Assembly: GCA_963804645.1 (NCBI GenBank)
Contig: CAWDRG010000005.1
Location: forward strand, 96,001-160,000
DNA length: 64,000 bases
Reading direction: 5' to 3'
DNA from: an uncultured Bacillota bacterium
Lineage (GTDB): Bacteria; Sysuimicrobiota; Sysuimicrobiia; Sysuimicrobiales; Segetimicrobiaceae
Position numbers and translations under genes: made by a program. Of this stretch, positions 29,056 to 37,696 are shown piece after piece. Positions within the stretch are counted from its first letter, which is position 1. The number at the start of each line of letters is the position of its first letter. The notes beneath the pieces were generated by a model. That model did no database searches. It saw only the letters and a list, made by a program, of their open reading frames with translations, and was not told where the DNA came from.

Positions 29056-30059
29056 CTACGCCACCGACCCGGCCATCGCTTTGGCGGTCAGCGCCAGCGA
29101 CAGCGTCGCCAGTGCGTCCTCGATCGGATTCACGGTCGGCGCGAGCGTCCGCACGCACCGGAGAAACCCGGCGACTTCATCCACGTACGCCTGGTTCGGC
29201 GCCCAGCCCGCCGGCAGCGCGTGCGTCGTTACCGACGCGTCCCCTCGGGACACCGTCACCACCGGGTGTTCATAGTCCCAGTACAGTGTCCCCCGCTCGC
29301 CGATCACCTGGCATCCCCTCCGGTAGTCGCGTTGGACGACGTTCAGATGCACGCTCGACAGCACCCCAGAGTCGTGACGGATCAGAATCTCGGCGACCCC
29401 CTCGATCTCCAGCCCGAGCGTGCGCGCGGGCACCACCGCCGCGCCGAGGACGCGTCCTGGCCCGAAGTACCAGCGCGCCAGATCGAGCTCATGGATGCAG
29501 TCGAGGATGGCGCCTCCGCCCTGCTCGGCGTGCGCGCTGTAGCTCGACCGATAATCCATCCACGGCCGCCACCCGGGCAGGTACGACCCGGTCTGAATCC
29601 GCGCGGCGATCACAGTCCCGACGGCCCCGTCGTCGATCAGGCGCTTGATCTCGGCCGGACCCGGGTGAAAGCGCATGTTGCAGCCGACCAGCGTGATCAG
29701 CCCGCCGCGCTCGACGGCCGCCCGCAGGCTTTCAGTCCCCTCGGCGGTATGCGCGAGCGGCTTCTCGATAAACAGGTGGCATCCGAGGTTCGCGGCCGCC
29801 GTGGCCGCCTGAATGTGCAGATGGGTGGGCGTCGCTACGAACACGACGTCGGGCCCCCACGCCAACCCATCCTCCAGCGATCCGACGCGCCGCAAACCGT
29901 CGACCTCGGGCACCGACGCGCCCGGGTCGTAGCCGGCCAGCGCCGTGACGCCGAGCGCGCGCAGATTGGCGGCATGGCGCCGCCCGATCGATCCCAGTCC
30001 GACGACGAGTACTCGGAGCGCGCGCGCTTCGTCTCTCGCGGCGGCCTCGGCGCGATCAC
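29056..30059 (-). CDS. Gfo/Idh/MocA family oxidoreductase (5' end probably frameshifted near 30018-30027)
   Basis: VVGLGSIGRRH, ATPTHLH, FIEKPL, GGGAILDCIHELD; only in-frame ATG (30111) lies inside pseC. Confidence 0.88.
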
Positions 30060-31258
30060 CTCGCGTAATGGCGGACCACCTTGTCGACCGCCTCCACGAC
30101 GCTGTCGGCATCGGCGTCGCTCATCCCGGCGTACATCGGTAGGGAGAGCATGCGCGCGTACGCCTCCTCGGTCACGGGGCAGAGTCCCGGCGTCATTCCA
30201 AAGCGGTCGCGGTAGAACGGGTGCCAGTACACGGGAATGTAGTGCACGTTCACCGCGATCCCCTCCGCCCGCAGCGCCGCGAACACATCGGCCCGCGACG
30301 CCGACAGCACCTCGGAATCGAGCTCGATCACGTACAAGTGGTAGGCGTGCTCAACCTCCGGGCGCACCGCGAGCGGCCGCACGCCCGGAAGCTCGGCCAG
30401 CGCCCCGTCGTACCGGCGCGCGAGCGCACGCCGGCGAGCGACCCAGCCCGGCAGCTTGCGCAGCTGGCTCAGCCCGAGCGCGCACTGGAAGTCGGTCAGC
30501 CGATAATTGTACCCGAGGTCGACCATCTCGTAGAACCACGAGTTCTGGGCCGCCCGCCGGGCATGGTCCGCGGTGATCCCGTGGTTCCGAAAGGTGCGCA
30601 TGCGCGTCGCGAGCGCGGGATCCGCCGTCGTCACGACGCCGCCTTCCCCGGTGGTGATGTGCTTCACCGGATGCAGGCTGAACGCCGTCAGATCCGCGAG
30701 CGTTCCGACCGGCTCTTCGCGGTACCGCCCGCCGAGCGCGTGACAGGCATCCGCGACGAGGCAGATGCCCCGGTCGCGCGCGATCGTCCGAAGCCGGTCA
30801 TACTCGCACGGCTGCCCGGCGTAATCGACGCTCACGACCGCCCGCGTCCGCGGCGTCAGCAGCCGTTCCACCTCAGTCGGAGCGAGCAGTAGCGTCCCGG
30901 GAGATACGTCCGCGAACACCGGCGTCGCGCCCTGATAGACGGCACAGTTCGCGCTCGCCGCGAACGTCAGCGCGGGCACGATCACCTCGTCGCCGGGACC
31001 GACGCCCGCCGCGTACATTGCCGCGTGCAGCGCTGCCGTCCCGCTGCTCACCGCGACCGCGTGCGGCGCTCCGACGGCGGCCGCAAACGCCGCCTCGAAC
31101 TCCGCGACCTGCGGTCCGGTCGTCAGCCAGTCCGAGCGCAGGACCGCGACGACCGCGTCGACATCCGCATCGTCCAGCCACTGGCGCCCGTACGGCAGCG
31201 GCTGCGTCCGGACGGGGGCGCCGCCTTCGATGGCCAGCTTATCCGTGTGTGTCGCCAT
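30056..31258 (-). CDS. pseC: UDP-4-amino-4,6-dideoxy-N-acetyl-beta-L-altrosamine transaminase
   Basis: PYGRQW, WLTTGP, DACHALG, FSLHPVKHITTGEGG, LGYNYRLTDFQCALG, VHYIPV. Confidence 0.93.
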   Translation of the reverse strand: MATHTDKLAIEGGAPVRTQPLPYGRQWLDDADVDAVVAVLRSDWLTTGPQVAEFEAAFAAAVGAPHAVAVSSGTAALHAAMYAAGVGPGDEVIVPALTFAASANCAVYQGATPVFADVSPGTLLLAPTEVERLLTPRTRAVVSVDYAGQPCEYDRLRTIARDRGICLVADACHALGGRYREEPVGTLADLTAFSLHPVKHITTGEGGVVTTADPALATRMRTFRNHGITADHARRAAQNSWFYEMVDLGYNYRLTDFQCALGLSQLRKLPGWVARRRALARRYDGALAELPGVRPLAVRPEVEHAYHLYVIELDSEVLSASRADVFAALRAEGIAVNVHYIPVYWHPFYRDRFGMTPGLCPVTEEAYARMLSLPMYAGMSDADADSVVEAVDKVVRHYAR

Positions 31259-32243
31259 CAAGCGCCCCGATCATCGCCTGCAGTTCCGCAACGGTGAGCC
31301 ACCGGGTGTTCGTGTCGCTGCTGTACCGGAACCCGTCCGGACACGGCCGCCCGCCGTTCTCCCGCACATACTCGGACGCTTGCCAATCGTGAAATGGCGG
31401 GAGAATCACGAAGTAGTCGTCGTACTCGATCGTGTGCCGCGCATCGTCCTCGGGCACCATCACCTCGTGCAGTTTCTCCCCTGGCCGGATCCCGACGATC
31501 TGCACCTGGCACCCTGGCGCGACGGCCTCGGCGAGCTGCAGTATGTTCATGCTCGGGATCTTCGGGACGAAAATCTCGCCCCCGCGCATGCGCTCGAGGC
31601 ACGCCAGCACGAACTGCACGCCCTGGTCCAGGGTGATCCAGAATCGCGTCATCCGGGTGTCGGTGACGGCGACCGTCCCGGCGCCGCGCATCTTGAGGAA
31701 GAACGGGATCACGCTGCCGCGGCTCCCGACGACGTTCCCGTAGCGCACGATGCTGAACCGGGTGTCCCGTGCGCCGGCGTAGTTGTTACCGGCGATGAAC
31801 AACTTGTCGGAGCACAGCTTGGTGGCGCCGTAGAGATTGATCGGGTTCGCGGCCTTATCCGTGCTGAGGGCGATCACGCGGCGCACGCCGCGGTCGATCG
31901 CCGCGTCGATCACGTTCATGGCGCCGAGCACGTTCGTCTTCACGGCCTCAAACGGATTGTATTCAGCGGTCGGCACCTGCTTCAGGGCGGCCGCGTGGAT
32001 CACCACGTCGACCCCGTCGAACGCGCGGTACAGCCGCTCGCGGTCGCGGACGTCCCCGATGAAAAACCGCAGTGACGGATGATCGGCCTCGCTGAACCGC
32101 TGGCGCATCTCGTGCTGCTTCAGCTCGTCGCGGCTCAGCACGATCAGCCGGCGCGGTGAAAAGCGCTCGAGCACCGTCGCCACAAACTGCTTGCCGAACG
32201 AGCCGGTGCCGCCGGTCACCAACACGACTTTCCCGTCAAGCAT
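31239..32243 (-). CDS. pseB: UDP-N-acetylglucosamine 4,6-dehydratase (inverting)
   Basis: TGGTGSFG, SRDELKQ, HAAALKQVP, STDKAANPINLYGATKL, RYGNVVGSRGSV, GIRPGEKLHE. Confidence 0.96.
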   Translation of the reverse strand: MLDGKVVLVTGGTGSFGKQFVATVLERFSPRRLIVLSRDELKQHEMRQRFSEADHPSLRFFIGDVRDRERLYRAFDGVDVVIHAAALKQVPTAEYNPFEAVKTNVLGAMNVIDAAIDRGVRRVIALSTDKAANPINLYGATKLCSDKLFIAGNNYAGARDTRFSIVRYGNVVGSRGSVIPFFLKMRGAGTVAVTDTRMTRFWITLDQGVQFVLACLERMRGGEIFVPKIPSMNILQLAEAVAPGCQVQIVGIRPGEKLHEVMVPEDDARHTIEYDDYFVILPPFHDWQASEYVRENGGRPCPDGFRYSSDTNTRWLTVAELQAMIGALDGDTHG

Positions 32244-32279
32244 CACGCCGACACCCATGCGGGCGCGACCCGCTCGCGC

Positions 32280-33506
32280 CTACGGACATCCGGGCGGCTC
32301 CTCGCGCGCCACGGCGTACTCGGGCGCGACATAGCCCACCTTCTGGCGCCGACCGTCCCACCGGACATCCGGAATCAAGACCTCGCGCTTCATCTCGATC
32401 CGGTCCCGATATCGCAAGAGATCGCGCAGCATGATCCCAAGCTCTGTCTCGACGTCGTGCGTCGGCCGGTAGCCCAGATCAAGCAGATGCTGATGATCCG
32501 GCCGGTAGAAGTGCTCCTCGAGCTCCTTGCGCGGATTCTCGAGGTTGCGGACCTCGACGGACAGCCCGAGCCCGCCCGCCACCGTCTTGACCTTCGCGGC
32601 GAGTTCCGTGACGTCGTACACTTCCTCAAACTGGTTGAACACCCGGTACTCGCCCGGCTGCGGCGGATGCTCCAGCGCGAGCGTCAAGCACTGCATCGAA
32701 TCCCGCAGGGGGAGGAACCCGCGCTTCTGGTGCCCCTTCCCGAACGGCGTCAGCGGGTGTCCGATCACGGCCTGGCAGGCGAACCGGTTGACGGCCGTGC
32801 CGAAGGCCTGATCGAAATCGAGCCGGGTCAGCAGCGGACCGCCGTCGCCCATCGCATCGATGCGCGACCCGAACACAACGCCCTGCATGACATCGGTGGC
32901 GCAGATCCCCCAAATCCGGCACGCGAACATCACGTTGTTGGACCCCGCGACCTTGCTCCAATGGTACCAGGAGCCGGCCTGGCGGGGAAACGGCAGCCGG
33001 TCGCGGCGGCCCCGGAACTCGATCTCGAAAAACCCTTCGGGGATCTCGACGTTCGGCGTGCCGTACTCGCCCATGGTCCCGAGCTTGACGAGATGGGCGT
33101 CGGGGCAGACGTCGCGCATCGCAAACAGCAGATGAAAGGTCGTCGTGATGTTATTCGTCTGCACGAACACCGCGTGGGCGGCATCGATCATCGAGTACGG
33201 CGCCGACGGACACTCCCCGAGCTGCACGACCGCCTCTGGCCGGAACTCGCGGAAGAGCCGTTCCACGAACCCGTACTCCCGGAGGTCTCCCTCCCAGAAC
33301 CGAACCTCCCGTCCGAACCGCTCCCGGAAGGCGGCGAGCCGCTCGGTCATCGGCGGGGTGGGAATCGCGCTGTGGCTTCCCATCTCTTCCACCCATTGGC
33401 GCCGGAAAAACACGTCGGCGCCGGCGACCTCGTGGCCCCGCGCGGTCAAGTGCTGCGCGAGCGGCCACCCCAGATAGCCGTCCATGCCGGCGATCAGAAT
33501 CCGCAT
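32280..33506 (-). CDS. sqdB: UDP-sulfoquinovose synthase homologue (SqdB/SQD1/Agl3 family)
   Basis: GMDGYLGWP, PSAPYSM, HLVKLGTMGEYGTPN, IPEGF, GSWYHWSK, TDVMQGVV, NPRKELEEH. Confidence 0.85.
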   Translation of the reverse strand: MRILIAGMDGYLGWPLAQHLTARGHEVAGADVFFRRQWVEEMGSHSAIPTPPMTERLAAFRERFGREVRFWEGDLREYGFVERLFREFRPEAVVQLGECPSAPYSMIDAAHAVFVQTNNITTTFHLLFAMRDVCPDAHLVKLGTMGEYGTPNVEIPEGFFEIEFRGRRDRLPFPRQAGSWYHWSKVAGSNNVMFACRIWGICATDVMQGVVFGSRIDAMGDGGPLLTRLDFDQAFGTAVNRFACQAVIGHPLTPFGKGHQKRGFLPLRDSMQCLTLALEHPPQPGEYRVFNQFEEVYDVTELAAKVKTVAGGLGLSVEVRNLENPRKELEEHFYRPDHQHLLDLGYRPTHDVETELGIMLRDLLRYRDRIEMKREVLIPDVRWDGRRQKVGYVAPEYAVAREEPPGCP

Positions 33507-33627
33507 CCGCGATCCCGTCTCAACACACTCATTCCTCCCCAGAACGGCCCCGCAGCCCGGTCACGTGCGCTCTCCTAGCGCGGCTCCGTACCGCATGGAT
33601 CCAGCCCGCGCCATCATATCAACCCGG

Positions 33628-33642
33628 CATCGTCTTATTATA
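33628..33642 (-). promoter_or_regulatory. Putative -10 box for block A operon, followed by a mini-ORF start
   Basis: Perfect TATAAT (33642-33637) in GC-rich DNA, 6 nt before ATG CCG GGT TGA. Confidence 0.6.
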
Positions 33643-33846
33643 GCGCTCGCGATCTCTCGTCGCAGGAACTGCACGTCCCCATCGCCTGCTCCAGATTCCG
33701 CCGGATTGCGCATTGGACCTCTGCCGATCGGGCGTCGCATTCGGATGATCGGCGCTTCGCCAGGGCCGGCACCGCGGCCGAGGCCGTAGGGCCGGCACGC
33801 TGCCCGTCGCTGCACTTGCCCGCTTCCCAGCGTCAGGGTGCGGTAT

Positions 33847-33863
33847 TGTGTTATAGTGCACAC
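33847..33863 (+). promoter_or_regulatory. Extended -10 promoter and likely autorepression operator of the TA operon
   Basis: TGtTATAGT (33849-33857), 6 nt before ATG 33864, no SD; flanked by inverted TGTG...CACA. Confidence 0.6.
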
Positions 33864-34151
33864 ATGCGCACACAGAAAGCGGCCTCCGCCACCAAAACCA
33901 TGACCCTCCGTCTGGACGCGGACACGCTTCAACGTCTTGACGAACTCGCGCAGGCCACCGACCGGTCGAAATCCTGGCTCGCCTCCCAGGCCGTGCGCAC
34001 CTATCTCGACCTCAACGAGTGGCAGATCCGTGCGATCCGAAAGGCCGTGGAACGAGCCGATCGTCGCGGTGCAAAGTTCCTCGCGCATGAGGACGTAGAC
34101 GCCTGGCTCGCCAGTTGGGGAACGTCACAGGAGCGCAAGCCTCCTCGGTGA
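33864..34151 (+). CDS. CopG/ribbon-helix-helix antitoxin
   Basis: TMTLRLDADTLQRLDELAQATDRSKSWLASQAV; GTGA overlap with toxin. Confidence 0.9.
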   Translation: MRTQKAASATKTMTLRLDADTLQRLDELAQATDRSKSWLASQAVRTYLDLNEWQIRAIRKAVERADRRGAKFLAHEDVDAWLASWGTSQERKPPR

Positions 34152-34429
34152 GGGTTCGCTGGCTCGATCAAGCAGTCCAGGATCTTAAGTCTCTCAGGAC
34201 GCATATCGCCCGCGATCATCCCGCCGCTGCCGCGGAGATCGCCCGCAGGATCCGAGAGACGGTCCGGATCCTCTCCGACTTTCCCGCGGCGGGGCGAGTT
34301 GGGCGCGTCCCCGACACCCGCGAAGTCGTGGTCAGCGGCACCCCGTACATCCTCCCCTATCGCATCAACGGGCACATGGTTGAAATTCTGCGTGTGCTGC
34401 ACGCGGCCCAGAAATGGCCGGATCGCTGA
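34148..34429 (+). CDS. RelE/ParE family toxin
   Basis: VRWLDQAVQDL, FPAAGRVG, TREVVV, PYILPYRI, VEILRVLHAAQ. Confidence 0.92.
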   Translation: MRVRWLDQAVQDLKSLRTHIARDHPAAAAEIARRIRETVRILSDFPAAGRVGRVPDTREVVVSGTPYILPYRINGHMVEILRVLHAAQKWPDR

Positions 34430-34513
34430 GCCTACCGGACTCGAGCGAACTGTCCTCGAGACTGCGCTCCGTCGCCCTGACTTAGCGCGTCGAGCTTCCG
34501 CCCTGCGTCACGA

Positions 34514-35899
34514 TCACGCCGGTGTCGCGATCCGCCGCGCGACGCGGGCGCGCCCCCAAGCGCGAATCAGCACGTCCACAGCCCAGTAAATCAGGAGCGC
34601 GTGGGCAACGCCCCCCATCACCAGGCTCAAGTTCGAGTCTCCATCGGCGACCGTGCCGATGACGGCCATCCCGATCATCACGGTGCCGGGCGCGGTCCCA
34701 TCGCCGATCCAGGACGTCCAGATGATGCGCAGCACGAGACCCACGAAGAACGCCGACGCGAGCGCGCCGCCCCACCCTCCGCTGATCCACCCCTCAACGA
34801 CCATGGGCAGGTTGTCGCTGTGGGACGTGTCCGACGGATCGAGGAACGCATACCGGTGGCCGTAAAACTGCCCGGCCTCTTCGGCCGGCTTGTTCGGCCA
34901 GAGGACGCGCGGCACCGCAGCCCCGATGAGCGGCGCGTATGTCGTCCCGTGCGTGTACGGGATCGTTCGAGGCGTGAGTTCCACGACATACGCGAGGTCC
35001 GACAGCCGGTTGATTCGGTGAATCGCCCGCGCGAGTCCAAACTGCAGGAGGAGCAGCGGCCGGCTCTGGGCCCGGTGGAACCAGAACCCCTGCACCCACG
35101 GGTTGAAGACGTCGAGCCGGTCGCTCTCGAACGAGCCCGGCTGCTGGGACCCCTCGGGCGCGCGGCCGCGCGCCTGGGCACTGCGCGCCGGCCCGAGCGT
35201 CCGCTGAATACCGGTCCCCGTATCCAGCGTCGCCCGCAGGTACTCGCGCAGGGGCAGCGCCGCTCCGATGATCACGAGAAACAACACGACCAGCACCGCG
35301 AGCCGCCGCCCCGGAATTCCCACGACGGTCAGGCCGTAGAGGATCGCGATCAACCCAAGCGCCACGGGGGTGGCGCGGCCGAGCAGGAGCGGAACCGCGA
35401 GCGCGACGACGAGGTCGAGCGCGATGAGACCCCACACCGCCACACTCGCCGGTCGCGAGACGGGGCCGGCGAGACCGCGCAGGATCTGGACCCCCAGGAG
35501 GCAGCCGATGACCGGCGCGAACGCGAGCTGGTTGATGATCTCCTCAACGGTCGCGGGCGCCTCGAACCCCGCGTGGAACAGCGAGATCGCGCTCCCGAGC
35601 AGCGAGAACGCGATGAACGCCCACCACAGCACCGGCGCCGGCCAGTCTCTCGGGGCGGCGCGCTTGGCGGCCGGCCAGAGGACGAGCCCCCCGGCGACCA
35701 AGAACCAGACGAGTGCCACCGCGACCGCGAGGGCGACGAAGCGCCCGGCGACCACGGTTTCACGATTGTAGTTCAGGTAGACGACGAGCGGGATGCGGGA
35801 AAACGGCAGCGGCAGCAGGTACAACAGCAGGCTCGGTCCGAACGCGTACGCGGCGAAGATCACCTGCCGCGGGGTGGCGCGCCGAAATGGTGCCAGCAT
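34514..35899 (-). CDS. Polytopic membrane protein, putative Wzy-like polymerase (paralogue of 50770-52176)
   Basis: About 10 TMs; RINRLSDL, VPRVLWPNKP, GQFYGHRY, EGWISGGW. Confidence 0.62.
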   Translation of the reverse strand: MLAPFRRATPRQVIFAAYAFGPSLLLYLLPLPFSRIPLVVYLNYNRETVVAGRFVALAVAVALVWFLVAGGLVLWPAAKRAAPRDWPAPVLWWAFIAFSLLGSAISLFHAGFEAPATVEEIINQLAFAPVIGCLLGVQILRGLAGPVSRPASVAVWGLIALDLVVALAVPLLLGRATPVALGLIAILYGLTVVGIPGRRLAVLVVLFLVIIGAALPLREYLRATLDTGTGIQRTLGPARSAQARGRAPEGSQQPGSFESDRLDVFNPWVQGFWFHRAQSRPLLLLQFGLARAIHRINRLSDLAYVVELTPRTIPYTHGTTYAPLIGAAVPRVLWPNKPAEEAGQFYGHRYAFLDPSDTSHSDNLPMVVEGWISGGWGGALASAFFVGLVLRIIWTSWIGDGTAPGTVMIGMAVIGTVADGDSNLSLVMGGVAHALLIYWAVDVLIRAWGRARVARRIATPA

Positions 35900-35975
35900 G
35901 CTCAGCGGCGGCCGGCCCGGGCGGCCGGCACAGGCGCCGGCGCGCCCACGCGATCGTGCCGGTGCACCGCGCGCC

Positions 35976-36686
35976 TCACGCCTCTCGAAAGAAGGTCAGC
36001 AGGCGGTTCTGGAGCTCGGACGCGACCTCGGTCACGTCCTTGATCGTGTCCACCCCGCGCCAGTAGGCGTGAGATTTGAACGCCCCCAGCCGTCCGGACT
36101 GCGCCAGTTCGGGAAAGGTCGTCGTTTCATGGTCGCCGCGCTCCGGCAGCCGGTCGCGCAGCCCCGAGGCGAGCACGTAGACTCCCGCGTTGATCCAGTA
36201 CGGAAGCGACGGCTTCTCGAGGAACTGCGTCACGCGGTCGTCCTCGTCCACTTCCACGATGCCGTACGGGCTCACGAACGGCGTCAGCACGATCGTCGCC
36301 AGCATGCCCTTGGAGTGGTGCGACTCGAGCACCGGCGCAAGGCGCAGGTTCGTGATGATGTCGCCGTTGGTGGCGATGATCGCCCCCGCGCTCTCGGGCA
36401 CCCGCGAGAGCGCGAGCCGCAGCGCCCCGCCGCGCCCGAGCGGCTGGTCCTCGACCGAGTAGACGATCCGGAGTCCCAGCCGTTCGCCCGTCCCGAAGTA
36501 CGATTCGATGACGTCGTGGCGGTAGCCGCAGGAGATCACCACATCCCGCACGCCCTGCCCCTGCAGCCACTGGAGCTGGTAGCTCAAGATCGGAATGCCC
36601 ATGATCTCGACCATCGGCTTCGGCCGGTCCTCGGTGAACGGCCGCAGCCGCTCACCCTTGCCCCCCGCCAGCACAATCGCGTGCAT
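35976..36686 (-). CDS. Sugar-1-phosphate nucleotidyltransferase
   Basis: VLAGGKGERLRPFT, PKPMV, EDQPLGRGG, NGD, FLEKP, INAGVY. Confidence 0.92.
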   Translation of the reverse strand: MHAIVLAGGKGERLRPFTEDRPKPMVEIMGIPILSYQLQWLQGQGVRDVVISCGYRHDVIESYFGTGERLGLRIVYSVEDQPLGRGGALRLALSRVPESAGAIIATNGDIITNLRLAPVLESHHSKGMLATIVLTPFVSPYGIVEVDEDDRVTQFLEKPSLPYWINAGVYVLASGLRDRLPERGDHETTTFPELAQSGRLGAFKSHAYWRGVDTIKDVTEVASELQNRLLTFFREA

Positions 36687-36700
36687 GCCTCGCCCGCCCC

Positions 36701-37696
36701 TCAGAATCGCGCGTCGCGCGAGATGCGGTCCCAGTTGGCCGTGAACCACTCATAGGCCCGCTGCACACCGTCTTCGAACTCGGTCGTCGGCCGGTATCCG
36801 AGCAGCTGCCCGGCCTTCTCCACCGACGCCCGGCGCCGCGTGATGTGGTCCCACGACCGCCGCTCGACGTAGCGGACGCCCGCGGTGTTGTCGGTGATGC
36901 CGTTGATCATCGCCGCGAGCGTGCCGACCGACACCTCGCGGCCCGAGGCGAGGTTCATCGCCTCGCCGACCGCCGCCTCGGCCACGCCGGCGGCGAGCAG
37001 CCCGCGCACGACGTCGCCGACGTACGTGAAGTCGCGGGTCTCCTCCCCGGTGCCGGTGATCGGCAGCGGCTCTTTCCGCATCGCCCAGTACAGGAAGTTC
37101 GGGATCACATTGCGGTACCGCCCCGGGATCTCGCCGGGGCCGTACACATTGAAAAACCGCGTCCGCACGACCGGCACCTGATAGTAGTTGTGAAAGAAGT
37201 TGCAGTAGAGCTCGCCGAGCAGCTTCGTGATCTGGTACGGCGTGTCGAGCTCGAGCGAGACGAAGTCTTCCGTAAGCGGCAGCGGCGCCTTGCTGCCGTA
37301 CACGGAGCATCCGGAGGAGGCGTAGACGAAGCGCCGCACGCCGGCGCCGCGGACGGCCTCGAGCATCTTGAGGGTCCCGAGCCCGTTGACCATCAGGTCA
37401 TCTTCCGGGTGGTCCACGGAGTTCTGGTTCGCGAACAGCGCGGCAAGATGAAAGACGTACTCGGGCCCGCCGGCAAACGCTCGGCGCACCGCGTCGGCGT
37501 CGAGCACGCTGCCCTCGATGAACTGCACGCCCGGCAGATCGGGGATGTTCCACCGGCTCGCCGACGACAGGTCGTCCAGCACGGTGATGTGCGAGGCGCC
37601 GGCGGCGGCCAGCCCGGCGGTCAGGTTGCTGCCGATGCACCCGGCTCCCCCGGTGATGAGGATCCGGCTCCCTGTGTATGCGCGCTCCGTACTCAT
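36701..37696 (-). CDS. NAD-dependent nucleotide-sugar epimerase/dehydratase
   Basis: TGGAGCIG, HLAALFANQNS, YQITK (YxxxK), RFFNVYGPGE, TRDFTYV. Confidence 0.93.
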   Translation of the reverse strand: MSTERAYTGSRILITGGAGCIGSNLTAGLAAAGASHITVLDDLSSASRWNIPDLPGVQFIEGSVLDADAVRRAFAGGPEYVFHLAALFANQNSVDHPEDDLMVNGLGTLKMLEAVRGAGVRRFVYASSGCSVYGSKAPLPLTEDFVSLELDTPYQITKLLGELYCNFFHNYYQVPVVRTRFFNVYGPGEIPGRYRNVIPNFLYWAMRKEPLPITGTGEETRDFTYVGDVVRGLLAAGVAEAAVGEAMNLASGREVSVGTLAAMINGITDNTAGVRYVERRSWDHITRRRASVEKAGQLLGYRPTTEFEDGVQRAYEWFTANWDRISRDARF

